64,000 nt of DNA from Clostridia bacterium. Its GTDB lineage: Bacteria > Bacillota > Clostridia > TANB77 > CAG-508. The notes under the pieces were generated by a model. That model saw only the letters and a program-made list of their open reading frames with translations, had not been told where the DNA came from and did no database searches. A program made the translations under genes and the position numbers. Each line of letters begins with the position of its first letter. The first letter of the stretch is position 1. This document shows positions 31,011 through 40,137 of this stretch, piece by piece. The stretch covers positions 258,606 to 322,605 of the forward strand of contig JAFWHH010000008.1 in NCBI GenBank assembly GCA_017512025.1. The letters run 5' to 3'.

Positions 31011-31210
31011 GCAACTCGTCCTCCTTTATCATCAGTGTACTTTAACGATATTATTATACTATTTACTACATAAAACTACAATTACAGATATATTTCAGTT
31101 ATATTACATTTATATTACATAACCTTGGAACATTTTATTTCCCTAGTAAGTTTTTTGTAATATTTTCCATTGTTTTATGTAACTTACGACTTATGTAACT
31201 TTATATATGA

Positions 31211-31855
31211 CTATATCTTTCCCTCATCTTTTAATTGTTTAATATATGCTTTTTGTGTACTCATAAATTTTTCTTTATCAGATAATAATGCTCTAATTTC
31301 TTTCAAAAAATTTTCATATTCTTCATCTTTGAAGAAAAATTTTGCATATCCATTCTCACCAAATTTTTTTCCAAGATGATTATACGCTCTTTCAAAAAGT
31401 TGTTCATCATCAAAATCTGGTTCAAGTTTTTTTCCATATGTGTAACTTCTTCTTAAACATGCTTCAACTGTATTATTTCTATCAGCAGTTGAAACAATTT
31501 TTCCATATATACTTCTTGGTTCATGATCACTTGAAGCTCTATGATCTTCTATAGCTTCTTTAATGACCTTCCTCTCCCCTTCTGTAAAAAATTTCTTTAA
31601 ATTTTCATCTTTCATCATCATTTCTGCTGAAATAATTTCGTGTTTCTTTGGATCTATACAATGTCCAATATCATGATATGCAGCAACTGTATATACAATA
31701 TCATAATTAATATTATCTACAGAATCTGCAAATTTAAAACTTCTATTTATTACATATTTAATATGTTCAATATTATGTGCTGGTTCATTCTTTGAATATT
31801 CAGGAAATACCTTCTCTTCAATATATTTTTTTAACTCTTCATTTACATTCATCAT
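31211..31855 (-). CDS. HD-domain phosphohydrolase
   Basis: AAYHDIGH and a later DH motif, typical of the HD superfamily. Confidence 0.75.
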   Translation of the reverse strand: MMNVNEELKKYIEEKVFPEYSKNEPAHNIEHIKYVINRSFKFADSVDNINYDIVYTVAAYHDIGHCIDPKKHEIISAEMMMKDENLKKFFTEGERKVIKEAIEDHRASSDHEPRSIYGKIVSTADRNNTVEACLRRSYTYGKKLEPDFDDEQLFERAYNHLGKKFGENGYAKFFFKDEEYENFLKEIRALLSDKEKFMSTQKAYIKQLKDEGKI

Positions 31856-31970
31856 GACAATTACTCCTCATTAATCAAAATCTATTTTATAATACCACAA
31901 ACACGTATTAAGTCAAACAAAAAAATATCATTCTTTAACAGAATGATATTTTTACTATTTAATTATTAAA

Positions 31971-32219
31971 TTATTTTTCTTCGTCTTTTTTCTCTTCGCT
32001 TTTCTCTTCATCTTTATCTGTTTCATCCTCTGGTTGTAATAAAGAAATAACCAATCCTAATCCAATGCAGAAATATAGTAATGCCTTTGATATATTTGCT
32101 ATAGCTAAATTATAATTATGTTTTACATTCATGTATATATCTATTCCAATAGCTGTTAGCATAAATACAACCTGAACTACTAATAAAAATTTTTGTAAAA
32201 AAGAACCTTTAATCTTCAT
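31971..32219 (-). CDS. Small membrane protein with acidic/lysine-rich tail
   Basis: Two hydrophobic segments followed by EDETDKDEEKSEEKKDEEK. Confidence 0.45.
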   Translation of the reverse strand: MKIKGSFLQKFLLVVQVVFMLTAIGIDIYMNVKHNYNLAIANISKALLYFCIGLGLVISLLQPEDETDKDEEKSEEKKDEEK

Positions 32220-32291
32220 ACAAATTCCCCCTCTCTTTAGTTAACATATTAATTATACCACTTTTTGTATTATAAATCAAATAACATAAAT

Positions 32292-32320
32292 TTGACAAAT
32301 GTTTGAATTCACGATATTAT
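32292..32320 (+). promoter_or_regulatory. Promoter of island F (TTGACA-17-TATTAT)
   Basis: TTGACA at 32292-32297, 17-nt spacer, TATTAT at 32315-32320. Confidence 0.5.
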
Positions 32321-32401
32321 ATACACATTACCTTTGGTAAACCGAGTAGAGCTGGTCACTCTGCTCTTTGATCCATGTGTGTGTTTCAGGAGGGAAACCA
32401 A

Positions 32402-32797
32402 ATGGCTTTTAAGTTTATTTTGATTCTGTTTATTTTGCTTGTCAGCCTTCTCATTGCACATCTCATTGTATTCAACGTTACACCTACTAAGGCATTCATT
32501 CGAAAAGCCTTTTATGTAACAAAAGTATACAACGAGGTATACAAGAAACTGCTTTCAGGCAAAATTGACAAAACCGATGAGCCAAAAGAGGCTACTTACA
32601 AAGGGATCACTATTCGGTACTATGGATACAACGATCTCAGTGATTCAGTACTGAAAATGGTCGAGGACGCAATTCGCAGTTATCGCGACATGGAAACAAT
32701 ATATCAAAATGTTGAACAAACCAGACATATTTATTCGACACTTGTTGATATTAAGCTGGAGGTTGAACGGCTTAGACAAAAATATTGTGAGGAATAA
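32402..32797 (+). CDS. Island F: N-terminally membrane-anchored 131-aa protein, unknown function
   Basis: RBS CAGGAGGG lies 7 nt upstream of the ATG at 32402 (MAFKFILILFILLVSLLIAHLIVF...). GC-richer than the flanks. Confidence 0.55.
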   Translation: MAFKFILILFILLVSLLIAHLIVFNVTPTKAFIRKAFYVTKVYNEVYKKLLSGKIDKTDEPKEATYKGITIRYYGYNDLSDSVLKMVEDAIRSYRDMETIYQNVEQTRHIYSTLVDIKLEVERLRQKYCEE

Positions 32798-32836
32798 TAA
32801 GATCAGCATGACCAACTGATTCTTTCCTCCTCACAG

Positions 32837-32879
32837 AAAAAGGAGACATCCACGACTAGTCGTAGATGTCTCCTTTTTA
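32837..32879. terminator. Bidirectional terminator shared by island F gene and tRNA-Leu
   Basis: AGGAGACATC...GATGTCTCCT stem with an inner ACGAC/GTCGT stem. A5 on the left and T5 on the right. Confidence 0.8.
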
Positions 32880-32884
32880 TATTG

Positions 32885-32971
32885 TGGTGCCGATGGTGGG
32901 ACTCGAACCCACACGCCATCACTGACAACAGATTTTGAGTCTGCCTCGTCTACCAATTCCAACACATCGGC
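32885..32971 (-). tRNA. tRNA-Leu (anticodon CAA), CCA encoded
   Basis: Minus strand reads GCCGATGTGTTGGAATTGGTAGACGAGGCAGACTCAAAATCTGTTGTCAGTGATGGCGTGTGGGTTCGAGTCCCACCATCGGCACCA. It has a 7-bp acceptor stem, anticodon loop CT-CAA-AA, a long variable arm and the T-arm GGTTCGAGTCC. Confidence 0.9.
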
Positions 32972-33036
32972 ATATGCTTTATTATATTAACACATATTCA
33001 TTTCTTTGTCTATGATTTTTAATTATTTCTCTTTGC

Positions 33037-33065
33037 TTTACATTTACATAAATAAGTAGTATAAT
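33037..33065 (+). promoter_or_regulatory. Promoter of island G (TTTACA-17-TATAAT)
   Basis: TTTACA at 33037-33042 and TATAAT at 33060-33065. The spacer begins TTTACATAA. Confidence 0.55.
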
Positions 33066-33136
33066 GAGCTACACGGGATTATCCATTCCGTATGAGCGTG
33101 AACATTGACAAACTTAGAAAGAAAGGAAAACTACTT

Positions 33137-34348
33137 ATGAAAATGCATTACTCTATTTCGATCATCCGGCAAAGCATGATGGCACTCCTGTGCACACTGC
33201 TTGTTCTGCTGGCCGTCCCCGCGATTTCTGCCCATGCTGCTTCTGCAATCGATGGCAGCACCACCTACGACGTTAACTGTGATGGCGTTGTCGATAGCTG
33301 TGACGTTGAGCTCATCAAGGATGCTCTTCTTCACTGCAGCCCGGACTATCGCGTATGCGATGTTGTCCGTGCTTACCGCGTTTCTAATGCGGATGTCGAT
33401 TATTCTCCGTCTCATGTACTTACGGTGGCTTCGGAACTTAATCCTAGCGATGAAAACAACATGTTCTTCATCAACACCTTTTTGAGCGACTTCAAAATGG
33501 TCATTCACGAAGATGACGCAAAGATCTACTTTGATCTCCTTGAGGATAATGTGATTTACTTCACTACCGAATGGGAGAAAGATTACAATGTGGTCTACAA
33601 TCTCGATATCGAGAATGATCATATTGTGCAGACGGAATACGATGGGCTTATCTACAAAGTATTCATCCATGGTAACAAGTATAAACTCGACATCGTGGAT
33701 CCTAACTACAAAAAGCCCATTCCTGTGCTCACCGAGTATCTCGTATCCGACTTTACTGTCGAAGATTCTAGCGACTGGTTCTTTATCAATGCTTTTTTGA
33801 GTGATTTTGATAAGGTCGTTCAGGAAGATCTCGAGGCAATCTATGTTGAGCTCTGGGAAGATGGTATGACTTATTTCTCGATTCAATTTACCAAGGGAGT
33901 TAACATTGTTTTCAATGAAGACCTTGACTATAACTATATCGTTGCTACCGAATATAAAGGCGACTGGTATCAGGTGTTTGTTCGAGATGATAAGTACATG
34001 CTAAACGTGGTCGAGTCTACAATTGGTACAGCAATGGCTGCAACCATGTTTAGTAATGACTACCCCGTTGGAATCGAAGATGTAGAACTCGTTTCCGATC
34101 TTTTTAGCTACCGTTATGAACTTGAATCTGTATCCCAGAAGGACAACTATGTTGAACTTTCCTTCATTCACTGCGATGGTATGGCTGAGTATATTATCTA
34201 TGTACCTTGCTGTGAAGTTGCAGACAATTCATATTACGATGAAGAGGGTGTTGATATCCTTGGAAGCGTGTACTACGGTGAAAAAAAATACGTCGTCTTT
34301 TCTGAAAAGATTGGCGACCTCTACATCGTGCAGGTTGCTGTTAGCTAA
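33137..34348 (+). CDS. Island G: secreted protein with one dockerin/EF-hand-like Ca-binding repeat and internally duplicated domains
   Basis: Start set at MKMHYSISIIRQSMMALLCTLLVLLAVPAISAHA (signal peptide). Contains DVNCDGVVDSCDVELIKDALL. Two copies of about 85 aa begin (N/D)(M/W)FFIN(T/A)FLSDF. Confidence 0.65.
   Translation: MKMHYSISIIRQSMMALLCTLLVLLAVPAISAHAASAIDGSTTYDVNCDGVVDSCDVELIKDALLHCSPDYRVCDVVRAYRVSNADVDYSPSHVLTVASELNPSDENNMFFINTFLSDFKMVIHEDDAKIYFDLLEDNVIYFTTEWEKDYNVVYNLDIENDHIVQTEYDGLIYKVFIHGNKYKLDIVDPNYKKPIPVLTEYLVSDFTVEDSSDWFFINAFLSDFDKVVQEDLEAIYVELWEDGMTYFSIQFTKGVNIVFNEDLDYNYIVATEYKGDWYQVFVRDDKYMLNVVESTIGTAMAATMFSNDYPVGIEDVELVSDLFSYRYELESVSQKDNYVELSFIHCDGMAEYIIYVPCCEVADNSYYDEEGVDILGSVYYGEKKYVVFSEKIGDLYIVQVAVS
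33458..34015 (+). repeat. Tandem intragenic domain duplication inside island G gene
   Basis: NMFFINTFLSDFKMVIHEDDAKIYFDLLEDNVIYFT...EYDGLIYKVFIHGNKYKLDIV aligns with DWFFINAFLSDFDKVVQEDLEAIYVELWEDGMTYFS...EYKGDWYQVFVRDDKYMLNVV. Period is about 105 aa. Confidence 0.7.
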
Positions 34349-34400
34349 CTAAAACCTTGCACTAAGCCGAAAACAAATTTAAATAATTGTCAATGTTCAT

Positions 34401-34444
34401 GCGGCTCGGCGGGATTCTTTCCGCCGGGTTCGCTCTTTTTTTTA
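34401..34444 (+). terminator. Rho-independent terminator of island G gene
   Basis: GC-rich stem CGGCGG/CCGCCG with an outer GCG/CGC pairing, followed by T9. Confidence 0.75.
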
Positions 34445-34488
34445 TAAAAAAAACAAATTGCATAGCAATTTGTCTTTTTATTAATATA

Positions 34489-35403
34489 TTATTTTTTCTC
34501 TTGTAAAACCATAATCGTTTTATCTTTGTCTGTTCTATATATTTTAGCTCCAATTTTCTCTAGTCTTTTTACAGCTACATCATGTGGATGTCCATAATCA
34601 TTACCTTCTCCACAAGATATTAATGCAATCTTTGGTTTTATTTGCTCCAAAAAGTTTTTACTTGAACTTGTTTTAGATCCATGATGTCCTACCTTTAATA
34701 TATCTACTTGGTTCCAATTTCTAGAATTTTCAACTTCAGATTCCATATCTCCTGTAAATAAATATTTCACTCCGTCACAATTCATTTGAATTACAATTGA
34801 GCAATCATTTAAATTCTCGACATTATTTTTACAAGACATTATCTCACATTCAGCATTTCCAACTTTAAACTTTTCACCTATTGTTGGAGCAGATATTTTT
34901 AATTTTTTACTTTTAACAGCATCTAATACATCCTCAAATGTTTTTGTATTAGCTTGTTGTTTTGGCATATATATCTTTCCAATTTCAAAGCTCTTTATAA
35001 CATCATCTAATCCACCGATATGATCTTCGTGAGGATGAGTTCCTATTAAATAATCAATTTTAGTTATTCCTAAATCTTTTAAATATTTAACAACCCTTGA
35101 CCCCATTTGATTTGTACTTGCATCTATTAACATTGTTTTATTTTCATTTACAACAAGAATACTATCTCCTTGTCCAACATCTAAACAATATACTCTTAAA
35201 TTCCCATCGTTTGGTATTTTAGAGATAACTCCCTCTCCTGTATGTATTGTAACATTTTCAAGGTTATCAACTTGCTCTACGTTTTGAGCCTGAGTAGAAT
35301 ATAACCCATCTCCATTTGCTCCTAATATAGCCATTACTATTAAAACTAAAATAGTAATAATAGATCCAGCTACACTACTTTTCTTGTTCTGGTTCTTATT
35401 CAT
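34489..35403 (-). CDS. Metallo-beta-lactamase fold protein (ComEC C-terminal domain-like), membrane/secreted
   Basis: HPHEDHIGG and GHHGS motifs. N-terminal TM or signal segment. Confidence 0.8.
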   Translation of the reverse strand: MNKNQNKKSSVAGSIITILVLIVMAILGANGDGLYSTQAQNVEQVDNLENVTIHTGEGVISKIPNDGNLRVYCLDVGQGDSILVVNENKTMLIDASTNQMGSRVVKYLKDLGITKIDYLIGTHPHEDHIGGLDDVIKSFEIGKIYMPKQQANTKTFEDVLDAVKSKKLKISAPTIGEKFKVGNAECEIMSCKNNVENLNDCSIVIQMNCDGVKYLFTGDMESEVENSRNWNQVDILKVGHHGSKTSSSKNFLEQIKPKIALISCGEGNDYGHPHDVAVKRLEKIGAKIYRTDKDKTIMVLQEKK

Positions 35404-35455
35404 TTATCTTTTGCCTCCTAATTATTTTTTCATACGTTACTTTATAAATATCCTC

Positions 35456-35677
35456 TTACTCCCAAAGGCTATCCATTTTATCCTTAATTCTATCTTCTAT
35501 ATTTTTTTGTTCATCTGAATCAAGACTATACTTTCCATCATAGTACTTAATTACAGATCCTTCTCTAACATTTCCTGGTAGTTTTGATAACTGAATATTA
35601 ATCATAACACCATTTGATCTATTTTCACAAACAGCGATGTCACCTTCAATTCTATCTACCACTAAAGTCTCTCCCAT
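35456..35677 (-). CDS. DUF3006-like small protein
   Basis: VVDRIEGDIAVCE N-terminus is typical of DUF3006, which commonly sits next to ComEC-type MBL genes. Confidence 0.6.
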   Translation of the reverse strand: MGETLVVDRIEGDIAVCENRSNGVMINIQLSKLPGNVREGSVIKYYDGKYSLDSDEQKNIEDRIKDKMDSLWE

Positions 35678-35698
35678 ATTGATTCCTTCCCTCTTTTA

Positions 35699-36595
35699 TT
35701 ATTCTGATAAATCAAAAGTTGGAACATATTCTTCTTCATGATCTCCAAGCTCTTGAATGTAACCATTTTTTAAGTTTAGGCAATATAAATATTCTTCAAC
35801 TTCTTTGTATTCTTTCTTTGTAATTTTTCTATTAATCTTGTCACTTTCTTTTGCTTTATATGTTGGAAAATATTGAGCCATTACACTAATATATGTTTCC
35901 TCATCAAAATTTTCTTTTATATATTTTAATATATTTTTTGTATTTAAAATATGATTTGGTAATATCAGATGTCTTATTATTACACCCTTTTTTATAATAC
36001 CATTTTCATCAAATACCGGATTTCCGACTTGTCTTTGCATTTCTTTAATAGCATCTACTGCTGTTTCAAAATAATGATCAACATTTGAATATTTTTTAGA
36101 CATCTCGTCAGAATAATATTTTAAATCTGGTAAATAAACATCAATATATCCATCAAGCATCTTTATTGTTTCCACATTCTCATAACCATTTGAGTTATAT
36201 ATTATTGGAATATGTAATCCATTTTTTCTTGCTATTTTTATTGCTTCGATTATTTGTGGAACGTACATTGTTGGTGTTACAAGATTTATATTATTAACAT
36301 TTTTATTTTGTTGATTAATAAATATTTCAGCTAGATGTTCAATTGTAATCTCTTTTCCTTTGCCAAGTTGACTTATTTCATAATTCTGACAATATATACA
36401 ATTTAAATTACAATTTGAAAAGAATACTGTACCTGAACCATTTACTCCACTTATACATGGCTCTTCGTAGTTATGTATTGATGCAAGTGCTATCTTAACA
36501 TCTTTTCCAGCTTTACATCTACCTACTTTACCTTCATTTCTATTTATTTTGCATTTGTGCGGACAAATTTTACATTCATCGAGCTCTTTCATCAT
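35699..36595 (-). CDS. Radical SAM protein (PflX-like activase family)
   Basis: CNLNCIYCQN CxxxCxxC motif with an N-terminal Cys-rich segment CKICPHKCKI. The start among MWRIMMK is uncertain. Confidence 0.7.
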   Translation of the reverse strand: MMKELDECKICPHKCKINRNEGKVGRCKAGKDVKIALASIHNYEEPCISGVNGSGTVFFSNCNLNCIYCQNYEISQLGKGKEITIEHLAEIFINQQNKNVNNINLVTPTMYVPQIIEAIKIARKNGLHIPIIYNSNGYENVETIKMLDGYIDVYLPDLKYYSDEMSKKYSNVDHYFETAVDAIKEMQRQVGNPVFDENGIIKKGVIIRHLILPNHILNTKNILKYIKENFDEETYISVMAQYFPTYKAKESDKINRKITKKEYKEVEEYLYCLNLKNGYIQELGDHEEEYVPTFDLSE

Positions 36596-36744
36596 AATTC
36601 TCCACATTTTCTATTTTTACTGATTTTATCATTATTATTTTAATATTACAATTAAAAATTTATTTCGTATAATAAATTATTTTTTGTTAATACTATGCTT
36701 GAACAACAATTAGTTGTTCTGCACATTTGTGCAAGGAGGTTTAT

Positions 36745-37128
36745 ATGTCAGACAATCATATGGAAAATAGTCAGGCAAGAAATACTTCAAATACAGTATG
36801 GCAAATAGTTGGTAGAATGATTACAGCTGGTATCATTCTTGCAATTACAGCTTTCTTTACTCCAGGATTTCAAATTAGCAATTTATGGGCATTAGCAGTA
36901 GCTACTGCAGTTTTAAGTATTATGGACTTCTTGATTGCTAAATTTACTGGTTTAAAAGCAAGTCCTTTCGGTAAAGGTTTTGTAGGGTTTGTACTTTCTG
37001 CCGTAGTTTTATATGTAACTCAATTCTTTGTAGCTGGCTATGTAATATCATGGATGGCCGCAATAATCGGTGCTTTAATTTATGGTGTAGTTGATTATTT
37101 TTTACCTGGCGATGAACAATTCTTTTAA
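36745..37128 (+). CDS. Four-TM membrane protein, phage-holin-4/YvlD-like
   Basis: RBS AAGGAGG. The FFTPGFQI and VAGYVISW segments resemble the Phage_holin_4_2 family. Confidence 0.5.
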   Translation: MSDNHMENSQARNTSNTVWQIVGRMITAGIILAITAFFTPGFQISNLWALAVATAVLSIMDFLIAKFTGLKASPFGKGFVGFVLSAVVLYVTQFFVAGYVISWMAAIIGALIYGVVDYFLPGDEQFF

Positions 37129-37196
37129 GAAAGCAAAAAAGACGAACTAAATTCGTCTTTTTTGTTTTTATAATTATGTTTAATATCTTATTTTAA

Positions 37197-38453
37197 TTAC
37201 ATATTATATTTTTTGTTATACTCATCATATAGATTAACTGCAGTTTCTGGGCTATCTGGTCCAGACGCATTCTTAATTGGAGCAAATTCTTCTTCTCTCT
37301 TAACTCTTAAGATGCTCATTTCATCAAAGTAGCTGAATCCATCAAATATATATGATTCAAACTTATATGCATTTGGCTCTGAAACTTCAACTAAGTTTCC
37401 GTTTTCATCTAAGTAATTAGATTTCTTAAATGCTGTATGATATGGTAAATCGATATCAGCTAATTTTTCTATGGCCTTTATATTTAATAAATGGCTTAAG
37501 ATATTTATATCTCCATATACTAACTTTCCATTTTCATCAACTTGCTCAGCCATTGTCTTTGGAAGCTCTGTGTATTCAATAACTTTTGGTTTTCCATCTA
37601 ATTTGCAGAATACTCCTGCTTTTTCTTCTGGATTTCTCTTAGCAACTGTTTTAGAAGCGATTAGATTATTCTCTTTAACAGTTAATCCAACCATTATTGG
37701 ATCTACTATTCTTAATAGAATATTATCTACTCCACCAACAAATACCCATTCAATTCCATCTGCTTTCATTTTATCTAGCATTCCATCGATCTTTAAATGT
37801 GAATAAATACCACCATTTCCGTCAGATGCTTCTTTAATTAGCTTATTTGAATCAACAACCATGTTTCCATCAAGCTTAACCATTGGTAAATTTCCTTGTT
37901 TAAAGAAGTTTACCTTATCTTTATCATATCCAAAATAATTATGCTCTTCTAAGAAAGAAACTGTTTGTTCATTGTTATCATCACTAGTCATAACATACCA
38001 TGGAATAACAACTCCATATTTTTCCTTTGCTTTGTTTAAAGAGTCAATAATAACTTCAAATAAATATTTTTCTCCATTTACTGTATCAATTTTAAATGTT
38101 CCCTTTGGTCCTTTATGTCCAAGTCTTGTTCCTTGTCCGCCAGCCATAGTAATAACAGCATATTTACCACTCTTAATAATTTCTTCACCAGCTGTCTTTA
38201 AAGATCTAAAGTCTTCTTCATTCAAAGAGCTTAAATCTGTATATCCAATATGCTCTATCTTTGATTGATCTATAAAAGGAATGTTTGATGCATTCTCATA
38301 TAAATCCATAACTTTTTCTAAATTTATTCTTTCAATTTGACTAGCGATTTTTTCGTTTTCTTCGTCTGTGTACACGTTAGTCATTAAATTAATTATTTCA
38401 TTTTGGTTGTTGTTTTCTAGTTTTTCAATTATGTTTTTTAATTCTTCTTTCAT
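37197..38453 (-). CDS. UDP-sugar (UDP-N-acetylhexosamine) pyrophosphorylase family protein
   Basis: MAGGQGTRLGHKGPKG motif of the UDPGP family. 418 aa. Confidence 0.75.
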   Translation of the reverse strand: MKEELKNIIEKLENNNQNEIINLMTNVYTDEENEKIASQIERINLEKVMDLYENASNIPFIDQSKIEHIGYTDLSSLNEEDFRSLKTAGEEIIKSGKYAVITMAGGQGTRLGHKGPKGTFKIDTVNGEKYLFEVIIDSLNKAKEKYGVVIPWYVMTSDDNNEQTVSFLEEHNYFGYDKDKVNFFKQGNLPMVKLDGNMVVDSNKLIKEASDGNGGIYSHLKIDGMLDKMKADGIEWVFVGGVDNILLRIVDPIMVGLTVKENNLIASKTVAKRNPEEKAGVFCKLDGKPKVIEYTELPKTMAEQVDENGKLVYGDINILSHLLNIKAIEKLADIDLPYHTAFKKSNYLDENGNLVEVSEPNAYKFESYIFDGFSYFDEMSILRVKREEEFAPIKNASGPDSPETAVNLYDEYNKKYNM

Positions 38454-38615
38454 TTTATCACCCTCACGAGCACTATAATATCATATAATTTTTGATTTAG
38501 CAATATATTTCTTTAATGCAATAATTTCGGGGCTTTCATGCATATTCTAATGCGAAACAAATATACTTTATTAAAGTTTTCGAATGTTGAAACGTATTTT
38601 ATTTAGGAGGTTTAA

Positions 38616-40097
38616 ATGGATACAAAATTAAAATTATATGAAGATATTGCCAAGCGTACTGATGGTGATATTTATGTTGGAGTAGTCGGTCCGGTGAGAA
38701 CTGGTAAATCTACTTTTATAAAAAAGTTTATGGACTTACTTGTTATTCCAAATATTGATAATAATTACAAAAAAGAAAGAGCTAAAGATGAGCTCCCTCA
38801 AAGTGCAGCTGGCAAAACAATAATGACAACTGAGCCAAAGTTTATCCCAAATGAAGCTGTAGAGATTAAGGTTGATAATTCAATTACATTGAAGACAAGA
38901 CTCGTTGACTGTGTTGGGTATCTAGTAAATAATGCTATTGGATATTTAGAAGATGACATGCCTAGAATGGTAAAAACACCTTGGTCTGATGAAGAAATAC
39001 CATTTGAACAAGCAGCTGAAATTGGTACGAAAAAAGTAATCCAGGAGCATTCTACAATTGGTATTTTAGTAACAACAGACGGTACTATTACTGATATTCC
39101 ACGCGATGATTATATACAAGCTGAAGAGCGTGTTGTATATGAACTACAAGAGCTTCATAAACCTTTTGTCATCGTATTAAATAGTACAAATCCGGAATCA
39201 GATGATACAAAAAAATTAGCAAATGAACTTAGAGAAAAATACTCTACTTCTGTTATCCCTATAAGCTGTGAAGAATTATCTTTAAATGATATAAATAGAA
39301 TATTTGGTGAAGTTCTTTATGAGTTCCCTGTAGAGCAAATTAACATTAATTTTCCAAGATGGGTTGATCATTTAGATAGCACACATCCTCTAAAAAAAGA
39401 GCTGTATGCAGAAATAAAAGACGCCTTTTTTGATACAAAAAGACTAAAAAACATCTCCTCAAAAATTGAGTCTTTGAAAAATACGGAGATAATCACAGAA
39501 ACAAGACTAAATGATATATCTCTTGGTACTGGTGAAGTTACTGTTTCTATCTACCTTCTAGAAGAGCTATTTTATAAGGTTATATCTGAAATATCTGGTG
39601 TAGATATTTTAAATGAAGGCGATTTATTCTCAACAATAACTAACTTTTCTAAAATAAAACAAGAGTATGATAAGATTTCAACAGCACTTGAAGAAGTGAA
39701 ATCTAAAGGATATGGCATTGTCACCCCATCAATTGATGAGCTCGTTTTGGCTGAACCAGAAATGGTTAAACAAGGCTCTCGTTTTGGAGTTAAGCTAAAA
39801 GCAACTGCCCCATCTATACACATGATTAGAGCTAATATTGAAACCGAAGTATCTCCAATTGTTGGAAGCGAAAGACAATCCGAAGAGCTTGTTAACTATC
39901 TGCTTTCCGAATTTGAAAATGAACCAAAGAAAATATGGGAATCAAATATCTTTGGAAAAAGCTTACACGAACTAGTAAATGAAGGACTTCAAAGTAAGCT
40001 ATATCACATGCCTGAAGAAGCTCAAGGTAAACTTCAAGAGACGCTAGAGCGTATAATAAATGAAGGCAGTGGTGGGTTAATTTGTATTATTCTATAA
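38616..40097 (+). CDS. spoIVA: Stage IV sporulation protein A (spore coat morphogenetic ATPase)
   Basis: N-terminus IYEDIAKRTDGDIYVGVVGPVRTGKSTFIKKFM (Walker A). 493 aa. Confidence 0.9.
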   Translation: MDTKLKLYEDIAKRTDGDIYVGVVGPVRTGKSTFIKKFMDLLVIPNIDNNYKKERAKDELPQSAAGKTIMTTEPKFIPNEAVEIKVDNSITLKTRLVDCVGYLVNNAIGYLEDDMPRMVKTPWSDEEIPFEQAAEIGTKKVIQEHSTIGILVTTDGTITDIPRDDYIQAEERVVYELQELHKPFVIVLNSTNPESDDTKKLANELREKYSTSVIPISCEELSLNDINRIFGEVLYEFPVEQININFPRWVDHLDSTHPLKKELYAEIKDAFFDTKRLKNISSKIESLKNTEIITETRLNDISLGTGEVTVSIYLLEELFYKVISEISGVDILNEGDLFSTITNFSKIKQEYDKISTALEEVKSKGYGIVTPSIDELVLAEPEMVKQGSRFGVKLKATAPSIHMIRANIETEVSPIVGSERQSEELVNYLLSEFENEPKKIWESNIFGKSLHELVNEGLQSKLYHMPEEAQGKLQETLERIINEGSGGLICIIL

Positions 40098-40137
40098 ATA
40101 AAAAAGAAGACCTAAGTCTTCTTTTTATTATGTATTA

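Noticed and set aside
33131-33886. 251-aa ORF on the minus strand inside island G
   Set aside because: It is antisense to the plus-strand ORF, which has a signal peptide, a dockerin-like loop and an internally duplicated domain. It has no RBS, and long antisense ORFs are expected in a GC-richer stretch.
32290-34450. Classical tRNA-targeted integrative element
   Set aside because: No integrase, excisionase or recognisable att duplication of the tRNA 3' end was seen. The flanking islands are single genes with their own promoters.
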